Assembly (NCBI GenBank): GCA_963422735.1
Contig: OY730476.1
Location: 1,248,001-1,312,000, forward strand
Length of the DNA: 64,000 nt
DNA from: Candidatus Latescibacterota bacterium
Lineage (GTDB): Bacteria; Latescibacterota; UBA2968; UBA8231
Reading direction: 5' to 3'
A program made the translations under genes and the position numbers. The notes under the pieces are model-generated. The model was not told the origin of the DNA. It ran no database searches and was given only the letters and a program-made list of their open reading frames with translations. Shown here piece after piece: positions 17,544-26,036 of this stretch (position 1 is the stretch's first letter; every line of letters starts with the position of its first letter).

Positions 17544-20501
17544 TTAGAAGGGGGATATCAGCTCTACGAAGAGAATGCCTTGCTTGGAGTCGGGCCGCCC
17601 TGCATGGCTAAAGTCCCGCCGCGTACGCTGGTAGCCGAAGAATATCGAATTGTCGCGGATGCCAAAGTAGTCTGCGGTGATGCTCAGCATGGCCAGATAA
17701 TCGGTCTGGCTGTACGTCCCATCACCAAAGGCGCGATCCCAGTGCTTAAACGGCAGCAAGGGCAGCCCCTGCACGCCTAGCTGAAAGCTGGTCTTGGGCG
17801 TGAGCTTGTACTGCCCCATTACAATGGGGATGAAGTCGCTGTACGATTTCCGCGGCGTATCTTCGCTGTCAACCTGCTCAACGATCGTCCGATGCTTTAA
17901 CTTAGGCGTGACGCTGAAGGCACCCCAGCTATGGGTATAGTCGATCTTGTTGACAACGGAAAAACGCGAGCGCACATCTTGGGGCTGCAACAGCCCGCTG
18001 CCGTCTTCAAGCTCAATTTCGGCTTGGTTGTTGCGCTGCCACAGGAAGCCATTTTCAATGTTGAAGCCGCGCAAGCCCTGATAGGTGCTGTCAAAAAAGA
18101 GGAGATGCACAAAGCTGTCGCGCATCAACAGCTCGTCCGGCGTTGCCGGCCGCCAAAAGCCCGCGCGCTCGGGCGGGCCGTCCGGCTCGTTAAACCAGTT
18201 GATGACTTCGATATCGTCGATGGGCACTTGGTACACGTAGGTGTGATCCGGGGTGTCGTCTTTGACCTGCTTGGCGTCGAAGTTGATCCTCAATGCACCA
18301 ACGCCGCGCTTTTCCAACTCATAGGCGTAGCGGAAGTAAAGCCCTTCGGACTTGCCCGGGCCGGCGATCTGACGGTTGTCGTAGCGACCTATGCTGACGA
18401 ATTTACCCAAGCGCCCCAAGCGGTCGTAGCGGAGGAAGATGTGCTGGCCCTTTTGGTCGCGTGGATAGGGGTAGTCCGGCTTATCGTCGTTCTCGCGGAA
18501 GTCGGGTACGTTGTTGTTGTTGAAGTCGATGCCATAGACAAATTCGGGCGGCTCTGAATCATAGGTCAGAAAAGCCTCTTCCCAGTCGACGATGAAATTC
18601 TCGTTGCGGTCCATATCCGGGATGTTATCGACGTTCTCGTCGAGACCCGGATACACTTGGGCACTGGGAAAGCCCGGATACAGCGTACGCGGCTCGGCGG
18701 TAGCCGTATCGTTAGTGTGTTCGTCGGGGAAGCCGTCGTGATCGTCGTTGTCCTCGTGGAGGGGGAACTCCTCGGTGACCGTAGAGATTCTCTCGCCGGG
18801 AGCAGGCTGCCCATCGTAGTGGAAGGCCATGCCGCCTCGGTAGCTATCGTACCCGCCGCCGTAGTCAGGCTCCATGCGGTATATCTCGCCGCCCAGTGCT
18901 AGGCCGCCGGCTATATCCTTGACGCCCTTGACCCACCACGCAAAGGCGCGCTCGCTGCTGCGCTCGCCCTCGTTATCGCCGACCGGGAACATAAAATTCT
19001 GCAGGTTGTGCGCCACTTCGCCGCTGATATCTAGCCCTACCAAATCGACCTGATAGTTGACCGAGGCCAAACTCTGCCCGGTGGGAATGCCGTAATCAAA
19101 GGAGACCATCCGCCGATTTGCACCGCTGCGGTCGCTGCCATCGGCGCGGACAACGGTGTAGTAGATCTCCTCGTCTTCGTCTGTGTACCACTTGAACGGA
19201 CGCCGGATGGCCCGCTCGTTACCTTTAGTGATGGGGGCTGGCCAAGCTGCTTCGGTGATCGTCGCGTCGCCCCGACGACTGATATTGAAGAAGTCGTGGG
19301 TCTGGCTGACGCCGACCCGGTAGTCGCCGGCCACATCGGCGACAAAGCGCACCGAGCGCACCGTCGCGTCCGGCGGGAGGACGAAGGTGTACACCACCGG
19401 CACCTTGCCCTCGGCCTCGCGCCCGCCACCGGCGCGGACGGCACCGCCCTCGGGCGGCCCGGCTTCTAGCAGCGGGTCGTAGTCTGGGTCGTCGTCGAGG
19501 CTGGTCAGGCGCACCGGCTCTGTGTTGCGCTCGCCCTCGATGACGATGTCCACGCCATAAACAATGGCATTGGCCCGGGCGTCGTCGGGCGAGTCGTCGG
19601 CCACGAAGACGCGGATGGTCTTGGGGCCGAGCATCTCATAGGGCAAATCGCCGCGCCAAGCGCTGGTGCGCGACAGGGCCGGCGAGGCCATAATCTGGTT
19701 GATTAGCGTCCCGCCAACGCTGGCGAAGCGACCTACTTCGTGCTGATAGTGGCCGCCAAAGAGCAGCACTGGTGAGTTGTCCCAAGCGTCGTCGCCTTCT
19801 TGGCCAAACGCCCATTTGGAGAATAGCTGGGCACCGGAGTGATCGCCGCCGCGCGAGTAGAGCAGAGTCGCCCGGTCGCGCTCCTTGTAGTTGATGTCCA
19901 TGCGCAGCACGTTCAGCTTACTGCTGGTCAGCGTGAGCGGCGTGAAAATGGTGCGCACATCCGATCTTGTGGTCAGATGGCCCACAGTAGCGGTCCAGTG
20001 CAAATCCTTGTGAGTATAGTGGCCGACCCGGAACGACCGATACTTGTGGTCGATATAGCTATACGCACTAAAATCGTTGCCACTGCGCGACTCTTCTATC
20101 GTCAGGAGCCGCTGATAGCCGCCGCCCATGTAGTTGCCCATCCGGTCCCAACCCACGTTGCGGGTACTTGGCGAGCGGCCCGACGGGGCGGCCCAAGCAA
20201 CCGTCTCGCGGTAGTAAGCAATGTACTTTTCGTCGGCGTAGTTGAGATAGGGGACGTTGACTGCGGCGTTGAGGAAAGCCCTCTCCAGCCCTCGGTCATA
20301 GCGGTCTTGGGGACCGCGCAGAAAGGGGGGGCGCTTTTTCCACGGGGGATCTTTGGGCGTACCGGGAGTAGGGTCGTAATAGGGCAGCGGACCGGCGGAT
20401 TCGGGGTGGCGCTGCGCCTCCGCCGGCGCGGACAGGGCAACGCAAACTACTGATAATATCCCCACCCAGCACTTGGACACGACACTAATAAAAAACAGCA
20501 T
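17544..20501 (-). CDS. Uncharacterised large outer-membrane protein B, paralog of 10641..13559
   Basis: Signal peptide (AEA-Q); C-terminal FVELISPF; shared motifs PYLNY, SPVL.FGGH, DDSPD, FDYGIPTGQ, PGLDEN, YGIDFNNN, PDYPYPRD, KQVKDD. Confidence 0.75.
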   Translation of the reverse strand: MLFFISVVSKCWVGILSVVCVALSAPAEAQRHPESAGPLPYYDPTPGTPKDPPWKKRPPFLRGPQDRYDRGLERAFLNAAVNVPYLNYADEKYIAYYRETVAWAAPSGRSPSTRNVGWDRMGNYMGGGYQRLLTIEESRSGNDFSAYSYIDHKYRSFRVGHYTHKDLHWTATVGHLTTRSDVRTIFTPLTLTSSKLNVLRMDINYKERDRATLLYSRGGDHSGAQLFSKWAFGQEGDDAWDNSPVLLFGGHYQHEVGRFASVGGTLINQIMASPALSRTSAWRGDLPYEMLGPKTIRVFVADDSPDDARANAIVYGVDIVIEGERNTEPVRLTSLDDDPDYDPLLEAGPPEGGAVRAGGGREAEGKVPVVYTFVLPPDATVRSVRFVADVAGDYRVGVSQTHDFFNISRRGDATITEAAWPAPITKGNERAIRRPFKWYTDEDEEIYYTVVRADGSDRSGANRRMVSFDYGIPTGQSLASVNYQVDLVGLDISGEVAHNLQNFMFPVGDNEGERSSERAFAWWVKGVKDIAGGLALGGEIYRMEPDYGGGYDSYRGGMAFHYDGQPAPGERISTVTEEFPLHEDNDDHDGFPDEHTNDTATAEPRTLYPGFPSAQVYPGLDENVDNIPDMDRNENFIVDWEEAFLTYDSEPPEFVYGIDFNNNNVPDFRENDDKPDYPYPRDQKGQHIFLRYDRLGRLGKFVSIGRYDNRQIAGPGKSEGLYFRYAYELEKRGVGALRINFDAKQVKDDTPDHTYVYQVPIDDIEVINWFNEPDGPPERAGFWRPATPDELLMRDSFVHLLFFDSTYQGLRGFNIENGFLWQRNNQAEIELEDGSGLLQPQDVRSRFSVVNKIDYTHSWGAFSVTPKLKHRTIVEQVDSEDTPRKSYSDFIPIVMGQYKLTPKTSFQLGVQGLPLLPFKHWDRAFGDGTYSQTDYLAMLSITADYFGIRDNSIFFGYQRTRRDFSHAGRPDSKQGILFVELISPF

Positions 20502-20555
20502 GAAGACCCCTCGTGGCTCACCTTAGTATGAGCTAACTGAAAATCAACGGGCGAA

Positions 20556-20585
20556 AACATATGTTTGCCAAAGCTCGCGGGTCAA
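20556..20585 (-). promoter_or_regulatory. Possible sigma70 promoter for the OM-protein operon (TTGACC-N18-TATGTT)
   Basis: Minus strand reads TTGACC CGCGAGCTTTGGCAAACA TATGTT, about 55 nt upstream of ATG 20501. Confidence 0.35.
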
Positions 20586-20586
20586 G

Positions 20587-20624
20587 AAAAAAAACGGGAA
20601 GCAGGCGTCAAGACCGCTTCCCGT
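20587..20624 (-). terminator. Rho-independent terminator after the CBM9-like gene
   Basis: Stem acgggaagc (20594-20602) / gcttcccgt (20616-20624), followed on the minus strand by a U-tract (A-run 20587-20594). Confidence 0.75.
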
Positions 20625-20653
20625 CTTTGTAAAACCTATCCAAAGTGCATTGA

Positions 20654-21610
20654 CTACTGGACGAAGGTCTCCTTTACTCGGCCCCAAGAATCTTCTTCGA
20701 CCGCGGTCCCTGTCGGGCCAGCCGGCGTATCCACAAAGACCCAGTTGGCAAACTCGGACATGTTGCCGCCCGCCCATGCCACGCACTGAATCTGGCCGCC
20801 ATAACCATCTTCGCCGTCGGAATCAACCGCCAGCCAAGTAAAGCCCATCTCAGAGCCAGCTGTGGGGGCTTCAAAGAGGTTACCGTTGCGCAGGAAGGTA
20901 TCCCATGGCAGCATGCCTTCAATCACGTAGTCGGCGTCGCCAGCGTCGCCAAATTCGTCGCCAGCGTCGCGGAAGCCGTATTCAAACCCCTCAAGCGCGT
21001 CGGGGTCGTGGACATCCACGCGCTGATTATCCACGGTGGTGATTAAACAGACAGACAGCTCGTTCGAGCCAAAGGGCAGGGCCATGAAGTTGACCACGTT
21101 CAGATTGACGTAGCTAGCCGGGGCCGGGTCGCCGCACGCGCAATCCTCGTTGTTCAGGTCGAGGTAGAGAGACATGCTGTCGCGCTCCCACCAAGCCCGG
21201 GCCTCACCGCCGCCCTCGGTGTCGCGGACATTATCGCTAACCTCGGTGATGTAGTACAGGGCATCGTCGTCCCAAGCCTGCAAGATCACCGAAGAAAAAT
21301 CGGCGTCCGTGCGCCCCTCGCCGGCTACTTCGGTCTCGCCGTTTTCATTGAGCTGGTTGGTACTGACTTCGCTGGACTCCTGCTCAATACTGCGCCAACC
21401 ATACTCTTGACCATCGAGCTGAATCTGGCTCGGCGAGCAGGGAAATTCTAGCGCACCAGCCCACTCGTCGGCAACTGTTGCGCGGTCGCCGTCGAGCGTG
21501 GGGGCTTGGGTGAACTTGGGCAAGTCGAAGTAGCGCACTGGCGGCTGGGCACTGGCCAGCGTAGTAAAGCAAAGGGCCGCGATAGCGGCCAAAAGAGCCA
21601 ACTTCTTCAT
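20654..21610 (-). CDS. Secreted CBM9/DOMON-like sugar-binding protein with C-terminal TAVEEDSWGRVK tail
   Basis: Signal peptide (ASA-Q); PTLDGD...EW, AWDDDALY, D.MSLYLD, YVIEGMLPW and MGF....DSD motifs typical of CBM9_1-like domains; very acidic. Confidence 0.72.
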   Translation of the reverse strand: MKKLALLAAIAALCFTTLASAQPPVRYFDLPKFTQAPTLDGDRATVADEWAGALEFPCSPSQIQLDGQEYGWRSIEQESSEVSTNQLNENGETEVAGEGRTDADFSSVILQAWDDDALYYITEVSDNVRDTEGGGEARAWWERDSMSLYLDLNNEDCACGDPAPASYVNLNVVNFMALPFGSNELSVCLITTVDNQRVDVHDPDALEGFEYGFRDAGDEFGDAGDADYVIEGMLPWDTFLRNGNLFEAPTAGSEMGFTWLAVDSDGEDGYGGQIQCVAWAGGNMSEFANWVFVDTPAGPTGTAVEEDSWGRVKETFVQ

Positions 21611-21661
21611 TATTGCATCTCCTTAGCTGTAAGAGAAGTGGACGAAAAATTTGAACGGTTC

Positions 21662-21690
21662 ATAATATACCCCTGCCAAAGGGTTGTCAA
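21662..21690 (-). promoter_or_regulatory. Near-consensus sigma70 promoter (TTGACA-N17-TATTAT)
   Basis: Minus strand TTGACA ACCCTTTGGCAGGGGTA TATTAT in the AT-rich divergent intergenic region, about 50 nt upstream of ATG 21610. Confidence 0.7.
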
Positions 21691-21793
21691 GAAAAAAGTT
21701 GCTCTACGAGACCATCCAAATTATATCATAAATATAGAGCATGATACATAATGATACCTAGATTTCCACTGCGATCGCACATGATTTAATCCC

Positions 21794-22822
21794 GTGAAGT
21801 ATCTCTTCCTCATTGGATTGGCCCTCGTACTAGGAGGCCAACCGGCCAACGCCCAGCCGCACATCTACACTGTCGGCCTAGTCTTTATCGATCTCGTTGA
21901 TCAAGATATCCTACCCGTCCATCTCGCCGAACAACATCCCCTCCTGATGCGTGAAATCGAACGAGCGATCAGAGACCTCTTTGCCGGCCTAGGCCGCTTT
22001 CGCACCGTGCGTTTGCCAAGCGTCGGAGAGGCCCGCGATCCCATTTATCAGGGAGGGAAATCCGTCGATTTCATCGCTCACATTATTCTCAACAAAGCCT
22101 ATAAAACATACCACAACAAGGTCATTCACTACGAGGATTTAAGCCTATTCGACGACGGCAGGCCGAGCGAAGACCGTTCCTATGAAGTGATTTCACTGCC
22201 CGCCTTCGTCGGCCAACTCGAAATCAAGCTAGTGGATCCGAGCCGGGGAAAGACCTTCTGGTCGGACTTGCGCGACTCCTCGGCCACTATACCTTATGAC
22301 AAACAGCTATACCTTTATAATACTTGGAAGTATCCGGGCGCGTCACATCCTAATTTGACGCGCGCTTTTTTAGCCGATCTTCTCCGTTTGCAAATGGCCA
22401 ATCCCGCCACAGAACGCGCATTGAACGTCGCCGAGCGCTGGTTCGTCTCTAAGCCCAGTAGCGACCTCGCCGTTGCCCGAGGACTGTTAAAGGAGCTAGC
22501 GGACAATCTAGCACCCGATATAGACGCAAATTTGCCGATAGAGGGCCGCGTCACAGCCCTATTGCCCGAGCAGAAAGGCAAACCTCACGTCCAGCTAAAC
22601 ATCGGTGCCCGGCATGGGCTGACGGCGCGAATGCGGTTCGATGTGTGGCGACCTAGGCCCTCGCAGCAGAAAGTGGGACAAATAGAGATCGTTGACGTGG
22701 ATTCCACCACGGCCATTGCTCGGCTGCGGAAACTTGACAAAAAGATCAAAAAACGCGGAGATGGCCTACATCTCCAAGACCGGGTCATTTCTCCCAAACG
22801 CCCTTTGAGGAGATCATTGTGA
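21794..22822 (+). CDS. Exported protein with FlgT C-terminal-like domain
   Basis: Signal peptide; C-terminal VQLNIGARHGL..RMRFDV...VGQIEIVDVDSTTAIARL...DRV resembles FlgT_C. Confidence 0.6.
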   Translation: MKYLFLIGLALVLGGQPANAQPHIYTVGLVFIDLVDQDILPVHLAEQHPLLMREIERAIRDLFAGLGRFRTVRLPSVGEARDPIYQGGKSVDFIAHIILNKAYKTYHNKVIHYEDLSLFDDGRPSEDRSYEVISLPAFVGQLEIKLVDPSRGKTFWSDLRDSSATIPYDKQLYLYNTWKYPGASHPNLTRAFLADLLRLQMANPATERALNVAERWFVSKPSSDLAVARGLLKELADNLAPDIDANLPIEGRVTALLPEQKGKPHVQLNIGARHGLTARMRFDVWRPRPSQQKVGQIEIVDVDSTTAIARLRKLDKKIKKRGDGLHLQDRVISPKRPLRRSL

Positions 22823-23064
22823 CCAAACCTGTAACGCAAGCCCAAGACCACGACCGCCGCATTGGACGGCTGGAAGGCATCGCCGAACAACTGGATCGCC
22901 GCTTGGACGCTATCGAGCGCACTATGAGCGAGAATTTTCGCGCTGTCCAAGCCCGTCTCGACGGTATCGAGCAGCGGCAGGCCGCCGCGTTTCTCTGGCT
23001 AGTCGGCATCCAGCTTACGACGCTGATAGCACTGGGCACACTGATTTTGAGCATCAAGCCATAG
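22819..23064 (+). CDS. Small coiled-coil protein with C-terminal TM helix (DUF1640/XhlA-like)
   Basis: Heptad-like RLDAIE/RLDGIE followed by hydrophobic FLWLVGIQLTTLIALG. Confidence 0.6.
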   Translation: MTKPVTQAQDHDRRIGRLEGIAEQLDRRLDAIERTMSENFRAVQARLDGIEQRQAAAFLWLVGIQLTTLIALGTLILSIKP

Positions 23065-23130
23065 CCGAACTCCAACCCCTACTAGCGGCCTTTTGCGCTG
23101 GTAGGGCTCACCACCGAGGAGAAATTCGCC

Positions 23131-24348
23131 ATGCAGATGAATAAGAAATGGGTCTCCACGCGCTTTGCCTCGCCCACTCAAGACTTCGATCTCGATACTT
23201 TGGCTCGCCGCCTGCGCCGAGGCTTTGCTCTCTGCGTGGCCTTTGCTGCGGCCATCCTGCTCATCGTCGTTGCAATCAACCCCTTTCAGGAGGCCGAGAA
23301 GAAGACACCCCGGCCCCTGACGACCAAGTTCATCAAGCGCGAGCCACGGCTGACCAAGCCGCTGGAGCTGCGCAAGATTCCCCAACCCAAGCGCCAGCTC
23401 GCACGCCGCGAAGTCCAGCTCGCGCAAGCGCGCATGGACCAAGTACAGGCCACGGCCTCGTTCAACACTCGTAGCCTAATCGCCGGCGTTAGCGGCTCGG
23501 GAATTCGCCTGTCCGGCCAGTCTGCCTTCAGCAAGACGAGCACTATGACGCTAGAGCCTAAGCTGATGGCAGCGGCAGTGACTAGCACCCGTACCTCCGA
23601 GCACAAAATCGACATGGGACTAGAGATGCTCGACGTCAACAACATGGACACTGGTCGCTACCGCGCCATGATCGTCCAAGACGCCACGGACAAGCAGGCC
23701 ATCAAGGGCTTTGTCAAGATGGCCCAAGTCATGTCCTCGCGGGCATTGGCCGGCGGTACCTCCGGCTACGGCACGGTCACGCTCCGCGTCCAAACCATTG
23801 ATCGGCTACGAGACGTACTCAACGAGTACACCGGCCTCAAGGCCGAGTTCCTCGGCTTTGTCACGTTCGACGACCCGCGCCTGATGGAAATACCTATCAT
23901 CCTGCCGCAGGGCGCACCCACCGAGGCCGAAATGGCCAATTTGGCTCAGTACCTGATGTCGGGTGGTTTTACGTTCAACGGGATATATGAACAATCACTG
24001 GAAAAGTACGGCGGCCTAATCCGCGGCAAGGACTTCTGGTCTGAGCGCCTGCCAGAGGATCACCCCGTCTATACCGCCTTCTTCGACCTAAGTGGAGGCA
24101 TGCCTTTCGGCTATAGTCCCTCGTTGAGTCAGGGTAAGTCAGGCGTCAGGCCCTGGAACTATCTGCGCGGCTATTACATCAAAGGCCGGCTGGCGAGCAT
24201 CACGCCCGGCGACGGCGGCTGGGGCTGGGAAAACGATGTGCGCGGCGGGGACTCGACTCGTCAGCTACAAATGGCGGTCAACGTCATCATCTACGCCCTG
24301 ACGCAGGAAGGGTCAATTACCCAACGCCTCATGCAGATGGTCAACTAA
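23131..24348 (+). CDS. Membrane-anchored DUF4159-like domain protein
   Basis: N-terminal TM, Pro/Lys-rich linker; C-terminal E..NL..YL..GGF, LPEDHPVYTAFFD, MAVNVIIYALTQ. Confidence 0.75.
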   Translation: MQMNKKWVSTRFASPTQDFDLDTLARRLRRGFALCVAFAAAILLIVVAINPFQEAEKKTPRPLTTKFIKREPRLTKPLELRKIPQPKRQLARREVQLAQARMDQVQATASFNTRSLIAGVSGSGIRLSGQSAFSKTSTMTLEPKLMAAAVTSTRTSEHKIDMGLEMLDVNNMDTGRYRAMIVQDATDKQAIKGFVKMAQVMSSRALAGGTSGYGTVTLRVQTIDRLRDVLNEYTGLKAEFLGFVTFDDPRLMEIPIILPQGAPTEAEMANLAQYLMSGGFTFNGIYEQSLEKYGGLIRGKDFWSERLPEDHPVYTAFFDLSGGMPFGYSPSLSQGKSGVRPWNYLRGYYIKGRLASITPGDGGWGWENDVRGGDSTRQLQMAVNVIIYALTQEGSITQRLMQMVN

Positions 24349-24366
24349 CCTACCAAGGCAGTCGGT

Positions 24367-25184
24367 ATGGCCGAATTTGCTTCACCTCACCTTTGGGTGA
24401 GACTACCATTTCCAAACACCTGATTCAAACCCACCCCGCCGACGTCGAGGTCTTAGAAGTCATTGACACCGAGCAACCCACTGTCGAAGCGCACCGCACT
24501 GATAGCCTGATCCGCGTACGCCTCGGCGACGAGGAGGCATTGGTCCATTGCAAATTTCAAACCACCGACAGTACACCGCCGATGCCGCAGCGGATGGCGG
24601 GCTATATCGGGCGTGGCGTTGAGCAGCACGGCCGACCGATCTACCTGCGCCCCGCGGCAGGGCAGGCCGATCCGGGACATTATGTCCAAGAGAGGCTCGG
24701 ACAAGGTGATTCGGCTGATCGAGCTTGACGGACTAGGCATCTTGGAGGGAGGCCCTTTGGGGTTGATTCCGTTTGCGCCGCTGATGAAGCCACCGGAAGG
24801 GATGGGTTCGGCGGCGTGGTTGCGTCAGGGTATTCACGCCGCTCATGTACTGCCGCAGGATCGTTCTATAATAAGGCCGATTTTCTCGCTGGTCTGACGC
24901 TGTTGAGCGGGTCGATTTACGAGTCAGAAACCATTAGGGATCTTGGTTTGAAGGAGGGTATCATGGATCTCGTGCGCGAATCATCCTTTGCTCAACACCT
25001 TACCCAACAAGGCATTCAAGAAAGCATCCAAGAAGTGTTGGTACCTCGCTTTGATGCGGCGCGGCAGTTGGCCGGCCGGATTGGGGCCATTGACGAGGTG
25101 CCCCGGCTCAAGCAATTGCATCGGGCGGCCATACAGGTACCCAGCCTCGAAGCCTTTAGGCACCTGTTAGACCTAGCCGAGTAG
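24367..25184 (+). pseudogene. Rpn/YhgA-like (PD-(D/E)xK) putative transposase, fragmented
   Basis: Pieces in several frames: ISKHLIQTHP, TEQPTVEAHRTDSL, VH(C/K)FQT, MPQRMAGY / VIRLIELDG..LIPFAPLM / MDLVRESSF..LKQLHRAA. Confidence 0.75.
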
Positions 25185-25216
25185 GGTCGCCGCGTAACAT
25201 CACTATATAGCTGCCC

Positions 25217-26035
25217 ATGTCCAAGCTCGCCCTAGCAAGCCTCTGCGTCGGCCTATTGAGCTGCGCCGCACAACAGGCTGAGTACTACATCGACCAACTC
25301 GCCGATTCGCGGCGTCAAGTTCGCCTCGACGCCAGCCACGCCTTAGTGCAATTAGGCAGCGCGGCTGTCGAGCCTTTGATGGACCGCGCTACCGCCGGCA
25401 GCGATAGCTTGCGCTACATCGCCGCCCAAGTCCTCGGCCAAATCGGCGATCGGCGCACCATCCCCTTCCTCAAATCGCTCCTCCGCGACGATAATCGCTA
25501 TATCCGCGAACAGGCCGTCCGCGCTCTCGGCCAACTCGACGACCCCCGCCTCCACGCGACCCTAGCTAACATCCTCTCCAGCGACTCGGTCCCAGATGTG
25601 CGCGGCGCGGCAGCTTGGAGTTTGGGCAACCTCCGCGACACCACGGCGGTGCCCTCTTTGGTGGGTGCCTTGGCGGATACCGTTCCCTCGGTGCGCCGGC
25701 AGGCTCTCGCCGCGCTTCAGTTTCTGTGGACCCAAGCGGCTGAAGCGGCGGCCCTCGCCGCGCTCCGCGACCGCGACGACAACATGCGCTACATCGCCGC
25801 ACAACTATTGGGGCACCATAGGACGCACCGCGCCCTCGACGCACTATGCCTCGCCTTGACCGACGACAATATCTGGGTCCGCACGGAGAGCGCACACACC
25901 CTCGGCCGCATCGGCGACACAACGGCTGTGGGTCCGCTAGAGCGCATGTTCGCCGAGCGCGAAGGCCCCGACCACGAGGCGGCAAAAGAGGCATTGCAAC
26001 AGCTTACGGGCCTGAACTACGCAGGCGCCCCCTGA
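25217..26035 (+). CDS. HEAT/PBS-lyase repeat lipoprotein
   Basis: Lipobox LLSC; repeated 'VR..AA..LG.LGD..AV..L' units. Confidence 0.88.
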   Translation: MSKLALASLCVGLLSCAAQQAEYYIDQLADSRRQVRLDASHALVQLGSAAVEPLMDRATAGSDSLRYIAAQVLGQIGDRRTIPFLKSLLRDDNRYIREQAVRALGQLDDPRLHATLANILSSDSVPDVRGAAAWSLGNLRDTTAVPSLVGALADTVPSVRRQALAALQFLWTQAAEAAALAALRDRDDNMRYIAAQLLGHHRTHRALDALCLALTDDNIWVRTESAHTLGRIGDTTAVGPLERMFAEREGPDHEAAKEALQQLTGLNYAGAP

Positions 26036-26036
26036 T

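Noticed and set aside
10641-20501. Calling the large OM proteins TonB-dependent receptors or SprA
   Set aside because: No recognisable plug, TonB box or TBDT C-terminal motif, and they are far shorter than SprA.
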